Shown piece by piece: positions 46,762 to 57,400 of a stretch of 64,000 nt of DNA; the first letter of the stretch is position 1, and each line of letters begins with the position of its first letter. The stretch comes from Candidatus Thorarchaeota archaeon. Its GTDB lineage: Archaea > Asgardarchaeota > Thorarchaeia > Thorarchaeales > Thorarchaeaceae. The stretch is from NCBI GenBank assembly GCA_011364905.1, contig RDNZ01000007.1, positions 32,742 through 96,741 of the forward strand, written 5' to 3'. A program made the position numbers and the translations under genes. The notes below the pieces were generated by a model that ran no database searches, had not been told where the DNA came from, and worked only from the letters and a program-made list of their open reading frames with translations.

Positions 46762-48660
46762 TTAATCGAGGTCTTCGAAGTCGACATCAACAACATCTTC
46801 ATCGTCGTCCTTTGATGTCTTTTCGGTAGTTGGCCCAGTCGGTCCAGTCGCTCCGGCACCAGCCATATGACTCGGATCGAATCCTGCGGAGCCAGGACCC
46901 GCAGCTCCGGCTCCAGCTTTCGAGTAGACTTTCTCCGAGATCTTGTAGATTATCTGTTGAAGTTCTTCAGTACCAGACTTCATCTTCTGAAGGTCATCCG
47001 ACTCAATGGCTTTCTGCAATTCAGCGGCCTTTGTTTCAAACTCCTTTTTGAGGTCGCCAAGATCTTCTTTTACTAACTCTTTGAGAAGTTTTTCACCTTG
47101 GTATATCATCTGTTCAGCATTATTCCTTGTCTGGACTGCATCCTCACGTTTTGCATCTTCCTCTGCATACTTCTCTGCGTCTTTTACCATTCGGTTGACA
47201 TCATCATCAGAGAGATTAGTTGTTGCAGTAATCGTGATGGACTGCTCGTTACCAGTAGCAATATCTTTGGCTTTGACATTCACAATACCGTTTGCATCTA
47301 TGTCAAAGGACACCTCAATTTTAGGCGTACCACGAGGAGCAGGCGGAATTCCAACGAGTTGGAATCTACCTAATGTCATGTTGTCTGTAACCATTTTCCT
47401 CTCCCCTTGAACAACATGGATATCCACGGCAGTCTGGCCATCAGCGGCAGTAGTGAATGTCTTGCTCTTTCGCGTAGGAATTGTTGTATTGCGATCAATA
47501 AGCGGTGTTGCTATCCCGCCAAGGGTTTCAATACTAAGTGTAAGAGGTGTCACATCAAGCAATAGAATGTCCTTGACATCTCCTGCTAGCACTCCAGCTT
47601 GTGCGGCTGCACCTAGAGCAACGCACTCATCTGGGTTGATGCTCTTGTCGCCCTCCTTGCCAAATAAGTCTCGGATGACGTTTTGAATCATTGGCATTCG
47701 AGTTGCTCCACCCACGAGTAGAATCTTACTGACCTGTTCAGCTTCCAGTTTGGCATCACCAAGTGCTTGTCTGATTGGCCCAACTGTGGAGTCAACCAGA
47801 TCATCAGTCATCTTTTCCAACTCTGACCTTGTAAGATCGAGATTGAGATGCTTTGGGCCGCTGGCATCTGCTGTGATGTATGGTAGATTGATATTCGTCT
47901 TGACAACAGTTGAGAGTTCTATCTTTGCCTGTTCGGCCGCATCACGGACACGCTGCATAGCAGAAAGGTCCTTGGTGAGATCTACGCCAGTTTGGTTCTT
48001 GAACTCATCCACCATCCAATTGATTACTCGGTTGTCCCAATCGTCACCCCCGAGATGTGTATTTCCGCTGGTTGACAAGACTTCGTAGACAACCTCGTTG
48101 TCAACTGCGCCAATATCAAGAATAGAAACATCAAATGTACCTCCACCAAGGTCATAGACCAAGACCTTGACCTCTTTGCTCTTATCAAGACCGTAGGCCA
48201 ACGCCGATGCCGTTGGTTCGTTTACAATACGATCAACTTCAAACCCAGCTATACGCCCAGCATCTCTAGTGGCCTGCCTTTGACTATCATTGAAATAGGC
48301 GGGCACTGTAATGACAGCCTTTCCAATTGGTTCTCCAAGAAATGCTTCTGCATCCTTCTTCATCTTGGTTAGAATCATCGCAGAGATTTCCTGGGGAGTG
48401 TATTCCTTATCACCAATTTTGACCTTGTAATCCTGCCCCATTTTTCTTTTTATGGAGCGTATAGTGCGGTCAGGCATTGATACGGCTTGCCGCTTCGCCA
48501 ATTCACCTACAACGATTTCTCCATTTGGCGTGATACCAACAACCGACGGAGTTAACCGCTTCCCTTCAGCATTTGGAATAATAGTTGGTTTTCCACCCTC
48601 CATATAGGCGATACCACTGTTCGTGGTACCCAAATCGATACCTACAATTTTACCTGCCAT
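46762..48660 (-). CDS. dnaK: chaperone DnaK
   Basis: [27 protein letters not shown]. Confidence 0.98.
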   Translation of the reverse strand: MAGKIVGIDLGTTNSGIAYMEGGKPTIIPNAEGKRLTPSVVGITPNGEIVVGELAKRQAVSMPDRTIRSIKRKMGQDYKVKIGDKEYTPQEISAMILTKMKKDAEAFLGEPIGKAVITVPAYFNDSQRQATRDAGRIAGFEVDRIVNEPTASALAYGLDKSKEVKVLVYDLGGGTFDVSILDIGAVDNEVVYEVLSTSGNTHLGGDDWDNRVINWMVDEFKNQTGVDLTKDLSAMQRVRDAAEQAKIELSTVVKTNINLPYITADASGPKHLNLDLTRSELEKMTDDLVDSTVGPIRQALGDAKLEAEQVSKILLVGGATRMPMIQNVIRDLFGKEGDKSINPDECVALGAAAQAGVLAGDVKDILLLDVTPLTLSIETLGGIATPLIDRNTTIPTRKSKTFTTAADGQTAVDIHVVQGERKMVTDNMTLGRFQLVGIPPAPRGTPKIEVSFDIDANGIVNVKAKDIATGNEQSITITATTNLSDDDVNRMVKDAEKYAEEDAKREDAVQTRNNAEQMIYQGEKLLKELVKEDLGDLKKEFETKAAELQKAIESDDLQKMKSGTEELQQIIYKISEKVYSKAGAGAAGPGSAGFDPSHMAGAGATGPTGPTTEKTSKDDDEDVVDVDFEDLD

Positions 48661-48662
48661 TT

Positions 48663-49277
48663 CTATTCAGCACCTTCTTTTTGATTGTCTTTGTCTTCAT
48701 CATTACTTGTTTCGACAGTGGGAGCTTCATGACGATTTACGCAGACCACTGCAGGACGCAAGACCTTTTCTTTCAGCATGTATCCTTTCTGATACTCCTC
48801 TAGTACTTCGCCATCCTTCTTGTCAGGGTCATGAACTTTTTGCACCGCATGTTGATAGTAAGGATCAAATTGCATTCCTTTGGACTCAATTGGACGCACA
48901 CCTTCTAAGGTTAGCATTTTATTGATCTGCTGTGCAATCGCACTGATGCCTTCCTTTGCGGCTTGCGGATCATTAGCAAAATCCATCTCAAGTGCTCGTA
49001 GAATATTATCGTAAACATCAAGGACCTTCAAGAGGATATTCTCACTGGCAAATTTGGTCACGTCAGAAAATCGTGCATCCATTCGTTTTCGATAGTTTTC
49101 AAACTCCGCTTGTAGTCTTTGAAGTCTGTCAAGAAGTTCATTGGTTTTGTTACACTCTTCATCAAGTTGCTTGTAAAGAGGGTCCTCCGGAGAAAGTTCA
49201 ATGATAGTATCATCTTCTAGGCCTTCCTCAGACAGATCTAGCTCGATCTCCTGATCCTTCTCATTTTCTTCATCCAT
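48663..49277 (-). CDS. grpE: nucleotide exchange factor GrpE
   Basis: [32 protein letters not shown]. Confidence 0.95.
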   Translation of the reverse strand: MDEENEKDQEIELDLSEEGLEDDTIIELSPEDPLYKQLDEECNKTNELLDRLQRLQAEFENYRKRMDARFSDVTKFASENILLKVLDVYDNILRALEMDFANDPQAAKEGISAIAQQINKMLTLEGVRPIESKGMQFDPYYQHAVQKVHDPDKKDGEVLEEYQKGYMLKEKVLRPAVVCVNRHEAPTVETSNDEDKDNQKEGAE

Positions 49278-49478
49278 TCTACAGTCACACTGCCTAGTTG
49301 TAAGCTTGCTGACTGACAAAACATACAGAAAGGGGTCGTAATTGGGATGCTGACTGAATTATTCAGCTCCCTTGGTGACTCGGGCGAACGCATTGTTAAA
49401 CAAAGAAAAACTTTTCGACAAGGGAAAATTAGTACAACCGAAAACAACATCAGGGGGGTCTAAGGGATTTCAATTACT

Positions 49479-50225
49479 ATGCTAGGTTCTGATGAAATGA
49501 AACATGCAAAAGATCTTGTTTCTAAGTGCAAAAAGATAACGGCATTCACTGGTGCTGGAATTAGTGTTGATTCAGGAATTCCAGATTTTAAATCAGAGGG
49601 CGGTCTGTGGGAGAGATATGACCCGCATGAGTATGCAACAATTGAGAGCTTCATGCTTAATCCGACAAAGTTCTGGACTATGGGTCGAGAGATTGCGGAA
49701 ACAATACTTAACGCTAAACCAAACGCGGCGCACATGAGCCTAGCAAAGCTTGAAACTGAAGGGAAACTACTTGGTATCATCACGCTGAACATTGACAATC
49801 TTCATCAAGCTGCCGGCAGTAAGCATGTAATCGAGTTGCATGGGAATTACTTGCGGGCTCACTGCATAGACTGTAAAGCTGAGTATGTAGGTGAAAGAAT
49901 TCACAAGAGTGTCGCGAGTGGTGAAATTCCGCCCAGGTGCGAGAAATGCAATGGAATTCTAAAGTCAGAAGCTATACTATTCGGAGAGCCATTACCTGAG
50001 AATGCAATGGCAGAAGCAATAGAACTATGTCGTAAGACTGACCTCATGCTTGTAATTGGGACCAGCCTTTCCATTTATCCTGCAGCCTTCCTGCCTCAAT
50101 TGGCCAAGAATTCTGGAGCCAAGGTCATTCTAATCAACCTTGAGGGAATAAACCGAGATTCGGTGGGTGACATTGTTTTGAGGGGAAGAGCAACAGATGT
50201 GTTGCCAGAAATTGTTGAAGACTAA
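49479..50225 (+). CDS. cobB: NAD-dependent protein deacylase (Sir2/CobB)
   Basis: TGAGIS..SGIPDF, NIDNLH, ELHGN, CxxC..CxxC, GTSL. Confidence 0.93.
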   Translation: MLGSDEMKHAKDLVSKCKKITAFTGAGISVDSGIPDFKSEGGLWERYDPHEYATIESFMLNPTKFWTMGREIAETILNAKPNAAHMSLAKLETEGKLLGIITLNIDNLHQAAGSKHVIELHGNYLRAHCIDCKAEYVGERIHKSVASGEIPPRCEKCNGILKSEAILFGEPLPENAMAEAIELCRKTDLMLVIGTSLSIYPAAFLPQLAKNSGAKVILINLEGINRDSVGDIVLRGRATDVLPEIVED

Positions 50226-50614
50226 GCGGCAATTGTATACCCAAACCAAGAGTAGACTCCAATTGCAATAGGTATGACAACAACTGAGAGAAAGATTGTA
50301 ACTAGACCTAGGATATACAATCTATTGTCCATCATCCAAAGACCGAGATAGGAGAATGCATAGGAGATAACACATACTGAAAATCCTAGAACAATGACCG
50401 GACCAAGCGGCAGTGCAATTGCTAGATATCCTCCAGCTTGAGTCCATAGCACACCACCAATTCTCAATACAACATACAAACCGCGTGTAGCAAGATAGAA
50501 AATAACAGCCGTAAAGATTCCTACATGAGAGAAGGTAAACCGAGCTGGAACGAATCCTTGAGACATGGAAAGAAATCGGTCTGATGTCCTTTTTATGCTT
50601 TCTAATCTTGACAA
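50222..50614 (-). CDS. hypothetical membrane protein
   Basis: About 3-4 TM segments; 4-bp overlap with the cobB stop. Confidence 0.55.
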   Translation of the reverse strand: MSRLESIKRTSDRFLSMSQGFVPARFTFSHVGIFTAVIFYLATRGLYVVLRIGGVLWTQAGGYLAIALPLGPVIVLGFSVCVISYAFSYLGLWMMDNRLYILGLVTIFLSVVVIPIAIGVYSWFGYTIAA

Positions 50615-50655
50615 TGCGAATGTCTAAATCGGACGATGATGCCCGTGAAATCCTG

Positions 50656-51627
50656 ATGACACGCATTCCTTGGAGATTAGCCAGCATAGGCCAATTGGCG
50701 ATTCTTCTAGAAGCTAGTTCGCCAAAACCTGGAAATGTGAACAGAAACATTGGATTCTCTGATACTGATTATAGACATTTCCTTGCTAGTGCCTCGTTAA
50801 TAGGGAGAGGACTCTACAGGGCATCTATCAGAGGAGCTGCGTTGGCTCAGAAGAAGATAACTCCATCAAAAATCAGAATTGGAGAGCTCATTCATCAATG
50901 TGCTCAAGATACATTTACCGGAATCAACAAGCGAAATACCATTCTGGGAACCATACTCCTCTATATTCCACTTGTTGTCGCATCGAGCGCGACTTTGACG
51001 GAAAACCATTCTTTCTCCATTGAGGCTTTATCAGGATGGTTAAAAAAGATCACAGAAAAGACATCTGTTAAGGATACACTGAGTTTCTACAAGGCTTTCC
51101 ACCTCATCAGATCAAAAAATCCTCGGGTTGATGAATCCACAAGTTGGACAGAAACGCACAGTAGATACGACATCGATAATCCTCATGTGATGAAAAACAT
51201 CGTTGAGGACAAACTGACGTTATTTGAGCTCTTCAAACTATCAGCTAATGTGGATGAGATCAGTAGTGAATGGTCCAACACCTTTAGTCTCACTCTTAAC
51301 GAAGTATTCCCGTACCTTGACAAGATCACCGACAGCCTTGAGAATATGGAAGAGGGGATTGTACAAACCTTCGTATGGTTACTATCACGCAGACCAGATG
51401 GTCTGATTGCAAAGAAGGCTGGCGAAAAACGTGCCGAGAAAATACGTCAATTAGCTGAAAAAACAATGAACGCATGGAACCATGAAACAGGGCCATTTGA
51501 GCTCATGGTACATCTTGATAATGAATTAAGAATGGAAGGAAACCTCCTTAATCCAGGAACCACTGCGGATCTTGTTTCTGCGGGGATATTCTGCAAGCTT
51601 GTTGCACTTAATTTTCCAGAGGCTTAA
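50656..51627 (+). CDS. citG: triphosphoribosyl-dephospho-CoA synthase (CitG family)
   Basis: LEASSPKPGNV, NTILG, NPGTTADLV. Confidence 0.85.
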   Translation: MTRIPWRLASIGQLAILLEASSPKPGNVNRNIGFSDTDYRHFLASASLIGRGLYRASIRGAALAQKKITPSKIRIGELIHQCAQDTFTGINKRNTILGTILLYIPLVVASSATLTENHSFSIEALSGWLKKITEKTSVKDTLSFYKAFHLIRSKNPRVDESTSWTETHSRYDIDNPHVMKNIVEDKLTLFELFKLSANVDEISSEWSNTFSLTLNEVFPYLDKITDSLENMEEGIVQTFVWLLSRRPDGLIAKKAGEKRAEKIRQLAEKTMNAWNHETGPFELMVHLDNELRMEGNLLNPGTTADLVSAGIFCKLVALNFPEA

Positions 51628-51809
51628 CCCAGTACGCCACTAAATACAACCGCAGCAAGAACGAATAGCAGGATCGCTGAAGGAAAAAGCATCATCTGGC
51701 CTTCCTTGCGTTTTATCAATCTTGTTTCATTATTTGGACCCAGAAAGTATGCAATGATAAGGAGAATACCCAAAACGATGAAGAATAATGCAAGTCCTTC
51801 ATGAGCCAT
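51624..51809 (-). CDS. small 2-TM hypothetical protein
   Basis: Two hydrophobic helices with a charged loop. Confidence 0.65.
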   Translation of the reverse strand: MAHEGLALFFIVLGILLIIAYFLGPNNETRLIKRKEGQMMLFPSAILLFVLAAVVFSGVLG

Positions 51810-51938
51810 TGAATACCGCCGGAGTGGAGGCAGAAAGCTAGGTTATTAATAGTATTGGATTGGTGGGATTGATTTGTAGACAAGTGTCTTTGAAACCAAA
51901 AAATAAATTCAGAGTAGTGAAAGAGTAATCATGAGAAT

Positions 51939-52205
51939 CTACACGAGAACCTGTCTGAAGACATGTTCGAACTTCATTCTTAGCTCCTTCGCACGTTCCA
52001 TATCGGCAGCGTACAGAGGTTGACGCATATCTGTAAGGTTTGGTATCTTTTTGCATAGCCTTTGACCTATCAATTTTCTCAGAGCAAAACTAACCGTTCT
52101 TGGTGCAAGGTCAACTCTATTACTGATGTCCTTCGGCGTCATAGGACCTTCGGTAGTTAGTCGGTCCAAGACAATTATTGCACTACGCGGCAGTTCGATG
52201 GACAT
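51939..52205 (-). CDS. winged-HTH (MarR-like) regulator
   Basis: EGPMTPKDI..LAPRTVSFALRKL..PNLTDMRQPLY. Confidence 0.85.
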   Translation of the reverse strand: MSIELPRSAIIVLDRLTTEGPMTPKDISNRVDLAPRTVSFALRKLIGQRLCKKIPNLTDMRQPLYAADMERAKELRMKFEHVFRQVLV

Positions 52206-52354
52206 CGGGTATATACCATCTCCTAGATAGTAGTCTTTCTGTTCCCGTTTACAATTACGCAGTGGAATTAATAAACAAACGGATTACAGCAGTGTTGTAC
52301 AAATAAGCGTATCTACTCATCATTGAGAACAGACGTTTTCTTACGGAATAATGT

Positions 52355-52657
52355 TCAAAGCTTGAATGAGTGACCGGATGGTCTGAATGAATAGGGTATC
52401 TGGGAGAGTTGACCAGAGTCAAACTGAAGTTGAAGTTCTTTCACACGCTCTATATCAATGCAGTAGATAGGCTGGCGCATGTCAGCTAGGTTGGGAGTCT
52501 TTCGAATCACCTTTTCTCTAACAAGGGTCCGAAGTGCAAAGGATATCGTACGAGGCGCTAAGCCTACCTTTTCGATTATTGTCTTGGGAGTCATTGGCCC
52601 CTCTGAAATAAGACTACCTAGAACTAGAATTGCACTATTCGGAAGTTCCACGGTCAT
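52355..52657 (-). CDS. winged-HTH (MarR-like) regulator, paralog of 51939-52205
   Basis: EGPMTPKTI..LAPRTISFALRTL..PNLADMRQPIY. Confidence 0.85.
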   Translation of the reverse strand: MTVELPNSAILVLGSLISEGPMTPKTIIEKVGLAPRTISFALRTLVREKVIRKTPNLADMRQPIYCIDIERVKELQLQFDSGQLSQIPYSFRPSGHSFKL

Positions 52658-52776
52658 ATCTATCTCACAATCCTACAGCATGGATATTTTCTATCATCGA
52701 ATATAAGCAGTCTGTTCTCAGCAGAACTTCGACTCCATCCCCTATGGTAGGATTCAAGAGAGCCTAGAATCAAACC

Positions 52777-53775
52777 ATGACGAGTAAAATGACGCGGAAA
52801 GTGTTTGTTACACGAGAAATTCCTCAAGAGGGCTTGAACATGATACGAGAAAAGTTCGAAGTCAAAGTCTGGCCTTCTGAGTATCCACCAAGCAAGCAAG
52901 AAATTCTCGAAATGGCGAAAGACTGTAAAGGATTAGTCACGCTTCTTTCCGATCCCATTGATGAAGAGGTAATTAGCATGTTACCAAATCTCAAGGTGAT
53001 AGCTCAGTACGCAGTTGGTTACGACAATATTGATGTGAAACAAGCAACGCGAAGAGGAATCATCGTCACAAACACACCGGGTGTTCTCACGGAGGCTACC
53101 GCCGACCTTGCGTGGTCTCTAATAATGTCCGTTTCAAGACGCATTGTCGAGGCAGACCAATATGTTCGTGGTGGAAAATGGAATGTTGCATGGGGACCCC
53201 AGCTCCTTCTGGGTTCGGATGTTTTTGGTGCAACTCTCGGGATCATTGGGATGGGAAGAATCGGCCAAGCTGTTGCGAAGCGAGCGGTTGGATTCAATAT
53301 GCGCGTCCTCTATCACACACGAAGCCACCGTGACGGATTAGAGGAAATCGAAAAATTGGTCGGTGCAGAGGCGAGACGCCTTGACACACTTCTCCATGAA
53401 TCAGATATAGTGAGTCTTCACGTCCCTCTCACATCGAAGACTCATCATATGATAGGCAGAAGGCAGCTAGGTTTGATGAGGGCAGGATCGATTCTAATTA
53501 ACACATCACGGGGTGCAGTCGTAGACCAAGATGCATTATATGACGCACTTGTGTCGGGGCATCTAGGAGGCGCTGGCTTAGATGTCTTTGAGGATGAACC
53601 TCTTTCAAAAGACAGTCCATTACTAGGACTATCAAACGTTGTTCTTGTGCCGCACATAGGGAGTGCTACAACAAAGACAAGAGCGACTATGGCTTCAATG
53701 TGTGCAACAAACATCATCGCTGCACTTAGTGATGAAAAGCCACCAAATATTGTCAATCCAGAGGTGCTTCAATGA
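52777..53775 (+). CDS. gyaR: glyoxylate reductase / D-2-hydroxyacid dehydrogenase
   Basis: AVGYDNID, NTPGVLT, GMGRIG, INTSRG, LDVFEDEP, PHIGSAT. Confidence 0.9.
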   Translation: MTSKMTRKVFVTREIPQEGLNMIREKFEVKVWPSEYPPSKQEILEMAKDCKGLVTLLSDPIDEEVISMLPNLKVIAQYAVGYDNIDVKQATRRGIIVTNTPGVLTEATADLAWSLIMSVSRRIVEADQYVRGGKWNVAWGPQLLLGSDVFGATLGIIGMGRIGQAVAKRAVGFNMRVLYHTRSHRDGLEEIEKLVGAEARRLDTLLHESDIVSLHVPLTSKTHHMIGRRQLGLMRAGSILINTSRGAVVDQDALYDALVSGHLGGAGLDVFEDEPLSKDSPLLGLSNVVLVPHIGSATTKTRATMASMCATNIIAALSDEKPPNIVNPEVLQ

Positions 53776-54305
53776 GCAAAGAATGCATTGAGAAAATAAA
53801 GACTAGACAATCAATCAGAAAGTTTACGGTAGACACAATTCCGGAATCAACAATCGAGGATATCATCAAGATTGGTATCAGTTCACCAAGTGCCGGGAAT
53901 CGTCAACCGTGGAGAATAGTAGTTGTAAGAAAGGAGGAGTTGAAGCAGCAACTCGCCAAAGCTGCTTTCAATCAGAATTTCATTGCTGTAGCCCCAGTCA
54001 TTTTTGTCATATGCGCAGTTCCAGAGGAGTCTGCAGAGAGGTATCAGGAACGAGGAAGGAGCCTTTATGCAATCCAAGACACAGCAGCTCTAACTCTGAG
54101 TTTGCTCCTAGGAGCCCACATGCATGGCTATGGTGCTTGTTGGATAGGAGCATTCAGTGAGGAAGCTGTTTCGCAGGTTCTGAATATCCCATCATTCATG
54201 CGGCCAGTTTCTATGGTGCCAGTTGGACATATTGGTGGCAGTTTACCACCCAGGCGTCATCGAAAGGGTGTATCAGATATCGTGGTCAGAGATAAATTCG
54301 AATAA
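53772..54305 (+). CDS. nitroreductase family protein
   Basis: RQSIRKF, SPSAGNRQPW, GYGACWIG. Confidence 0.92.
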   Translation: MSKECIEKIKTRQSIRKFTVDTIPESTIEDIIKIGISSPSAGNRQPWRIVVVRKEELKQQLAKAAFNQNFIAVAPVIFVICAVPEESAERYQERGRSLYAIQDTAALTLSLLLGAHMHGYGACWIGAFSEEAVSQVLNIPSFMRPVSMVPVGHIGGSLPPRRHRKGVSDIVVRDKFE

Positions 54306-54403
54306 TCTCTTCTTACTCTTGGCTAGTCCACATTCATTTTTTCCATATCTCTCCAAGGACTTGCTTCAATACCTTCTAGTTTGTCCTGACAAATCAAGAT
54401 CTC

Positions 54404-54441
54404 AAAAAAAGAGGGGGGATGGGGGCTAAGCCCCCAAATCC
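54404..54441 (-). terminator. GC-rich hairpin plus U-tract after the S8 protease gene
   Basis: GGGGGC-tta-GCCCCC stem followed on the minus strand by a C-run and T7. Confidence 0.6.
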
Positions 54442-54468
54442 GTTAAACTATACCTATGACAGTTGCAG

Positions 54469-57400
54469 CTACTTCTTCCGAATAAGGAAGAGGATGAGCA
54501 GCACTACTACACCGACGCCGATACCACCGATTAGACCAATGAGTAGAGGATCAATGCCTGTAACAGGCGGAGTTGTTGGTGTTGTTGTAGTCGTTGGTGG
54601 TGTTGTTGTAGTCGTTGGAGATGTCGTGACTGGGACATCACCTGCTGCGAATGGAGCTGTGAACCCATCACCGAAGTCTCCGGGCCAGTAGTTCTCTTCA
54701 CCGTTTGTGCTACATAGACCTGGAGGATTGGAGAAGTCAAGGCTGAAAGCTCTGACTCTAATGACGTAGTCGTTCTTCTCAAGGAATCCATGTGATTCCC
54801 AGACGATTGACGTAGTGGTGAGGTTCCTCGCAAGTACTTGAAATGTACTTCCACCATCATTGCTTACCGCGACCTGGTAGTATGGAACATCGGCAGCGTT
54901 TTGATCAGTAGAGCTCCAACTGACGTTGAATGCAGTACTGCTCACCGCAACCGGGGCATCCACAGTTACTTTAGGTGCGAAGAAGTTTCCAATGAAGATG
55001 TTCGGAATTTCTAGGGAGTACTTGAGGTTAGTACCAGTGTCACTGTCAACGAGTACCGAGTAGGTTCCATTGACCAACAGGAAGTAGGTGTCAATTGTTT
55101 TCGTCATACCAGCCACTGGACCCGGCTCAAGTCCGACTCGTGTGTCAACAGTCAGGTAGTAGTCACCACCATCTTGTGCGTAGTTGAGGATAGCGAAATC
55201 AATGCTTCCAGATTGGTCAGCAACGAACGAGTCTGTCTCAGGATGAGCGCTCGAAGCCATGGTATTGCCGAGAATGTTGTTGGCATATGACCTCGTATCC
55301 ATGGGCGTAGTAGACCACCAAGCCATGAAGTCATTATCAGCGCCATCAAAGTCGCCGATAACACGTACATTGTCACCCTCCACGATGCCCGGAGCAGTCT
55401 CCCAAGCAAACTCAGAAGGATCAATGATGCCAGCGAAGGCGCCATCCGGATCGCTTGGTATGACATTCGGACCTGTAGCGTAGAAGAGAGTACCGTAGAG
55501 TACCCGCTCCCTGGTTGTGGTGATTCCGAACTCAGGCATTCCTGGGTTTATTCCATTGGTCCATGTGGCCGTCATCATCACATGGTCGCCAACCGCACTT
55601 CCACCTGCCGTAATAACAGTTGGAGTAGGATGGTCATTGGAAGTCCAGCTCAACTCTAGAGTTGGTTCATCGAGAGCAGTCACTCCGACAACTGTCAGAG
55701 TAAAGTCCTCTGGAATGTCTGTACCATTCACTGTGTTCACAGTGGTGTAGATGATATACATTCCTGTTGCTCCAGAGACGTCAGCGATTGCCAATGAAGA
55801 GTCGGTTGTAGCTTTGACAGCATCACTCGAATCAGCTAACGAGAACCCAGTCATATCAAGGATTGTCACATCGATGTCTGTACCAGCGAGTGTCCAGTTG
55901 ACCCTAGCAGCGAGGTAATTCACTGTAGCATCAGTCATGTTCACTACGAACGTTGCATGGTCACCAGATTGGAAGGTGTAGTATGAGTCCCAACCAGCAG
56001 TGATTGCGCCTTGCTCGTATGGTGTCTGGACTGCGCCAACACCGTCGGCGAGTGTCATCACATTTCCTGCGGTATCGTAGGGAGCAATGACCTCGTAGGT
56101 GTAAGGCATCTTGAAGTCCATGGTACCATTGTTAGCAATGACAAAGCCCTGGTGGACACCGTACTCTGGTGATGCAGGAACGTTCAGTGTGACATCAGCG
56201 TCGCCTGCATTGTCTGCAAAGGAGATGTCTCCATCAGCAGCCAGAGTCCAGGTCTGGACAGTTACTTGCAGCATGTGACCGCCAGTGTATGGCCAGCTCC
56301 AGATACTGTCGTCGTGGACCGATATGATTGCCGTGTTCGGGAAGACGCTTCCAAGATCTGTCGAACTGGACAGGTCCATCTTGAGAATGTTTCCAGTACC
56401 ACCAGCATATTGGATCCGAGTGAGCTCGTCACCTTGCCCAGTGGTTGTGTTGTAGTAGTCAGGAATGCCGTTTGCTGGGGAATTGTCATTCCAATCGAAC
56501 ACAAAGGCCCAGAGTGGATCAACTGCCGTATTACCAACATAGTAAGTACCGACATCATCCTGAGAGCCTGTGATTGAGATTGTCGCGTAGTTTGCATTCA
56601 TGAGGTTCGTGTAGGAACCAGCTGAGGCTGCTTCCATAGCTGTGTTCAAATTCATCCACCCAGCTAGGGTGTAGTTATGGCCATGAGACGTTGTTTCGTT
56701 GTAGATGAATGTTTCAAAGCTGAACTTTGTTGTCTGATCAGCAATGTATTGCTCAGCACTCCAAGTCAAGCCCGAATAGGCCCAATTGGCACCGGTAACA
56801 GTCATTGTGACCATGTCATTTGCGTTCACGAGACCAAAGTACAGGTTTCCATCAGCATAGTTGCCAGGTGGCGACGTTGTGTTGATGAAGTTGTCCCTAT
56901 CGTATGGATTCATGCGGGCGGACCAAGCATCAGCAGTTGCTGTGCCCCAGTTGTCCACTGAGTCATACGTATAGAAAGTCAAGCCATGATCGTTGACAAC
57001 AAAGTCGACCGCAGCGAATGCGTTAATGACACCATGGCCCTGTGAAAGTCCATCCATGCCAATGTCGGTAGCAGTACTCTGCATAACCGTTTTGACCATG
57101 TCAGGAGTCAAGGCACTATTGGCGTCGAGCATTAGAGCCGCAAGACCAGCTGCCAATGGACATGCCATTGAGGTACCAGCGTACACTGCCCAATGGTCAC
57201 GGACAAGTCCGTATCCGCCAAGGATGGTCTCTCCATAATATGGTACGAGTCCATAGTTGTTCCGACCAGGGGCCAGAACATCCGGCTTTGGATAGCCAAG
57301 TGTCAGAGGACCTCTGGATGAGAAGTCAGCAATCTGGTCAAATCCCTGATTAGGGCCATACGAGTTTTCGAACGTATGGTAGCTTGTTGATGCACCAACG

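Noticed and set aside
45737-48925. Many 60-140-aa antisense ORFs over dnaJ/dnaK/grpE (and similar ones across the window)
   Set aside because: Shadow ORFs opposite well-supported genes.
54572-54620. GTTGTTGTAGTCGTTGG short tandem repeat
   Set aside because: Simply encodes the Thr/Pro stalk of the S8 protease.
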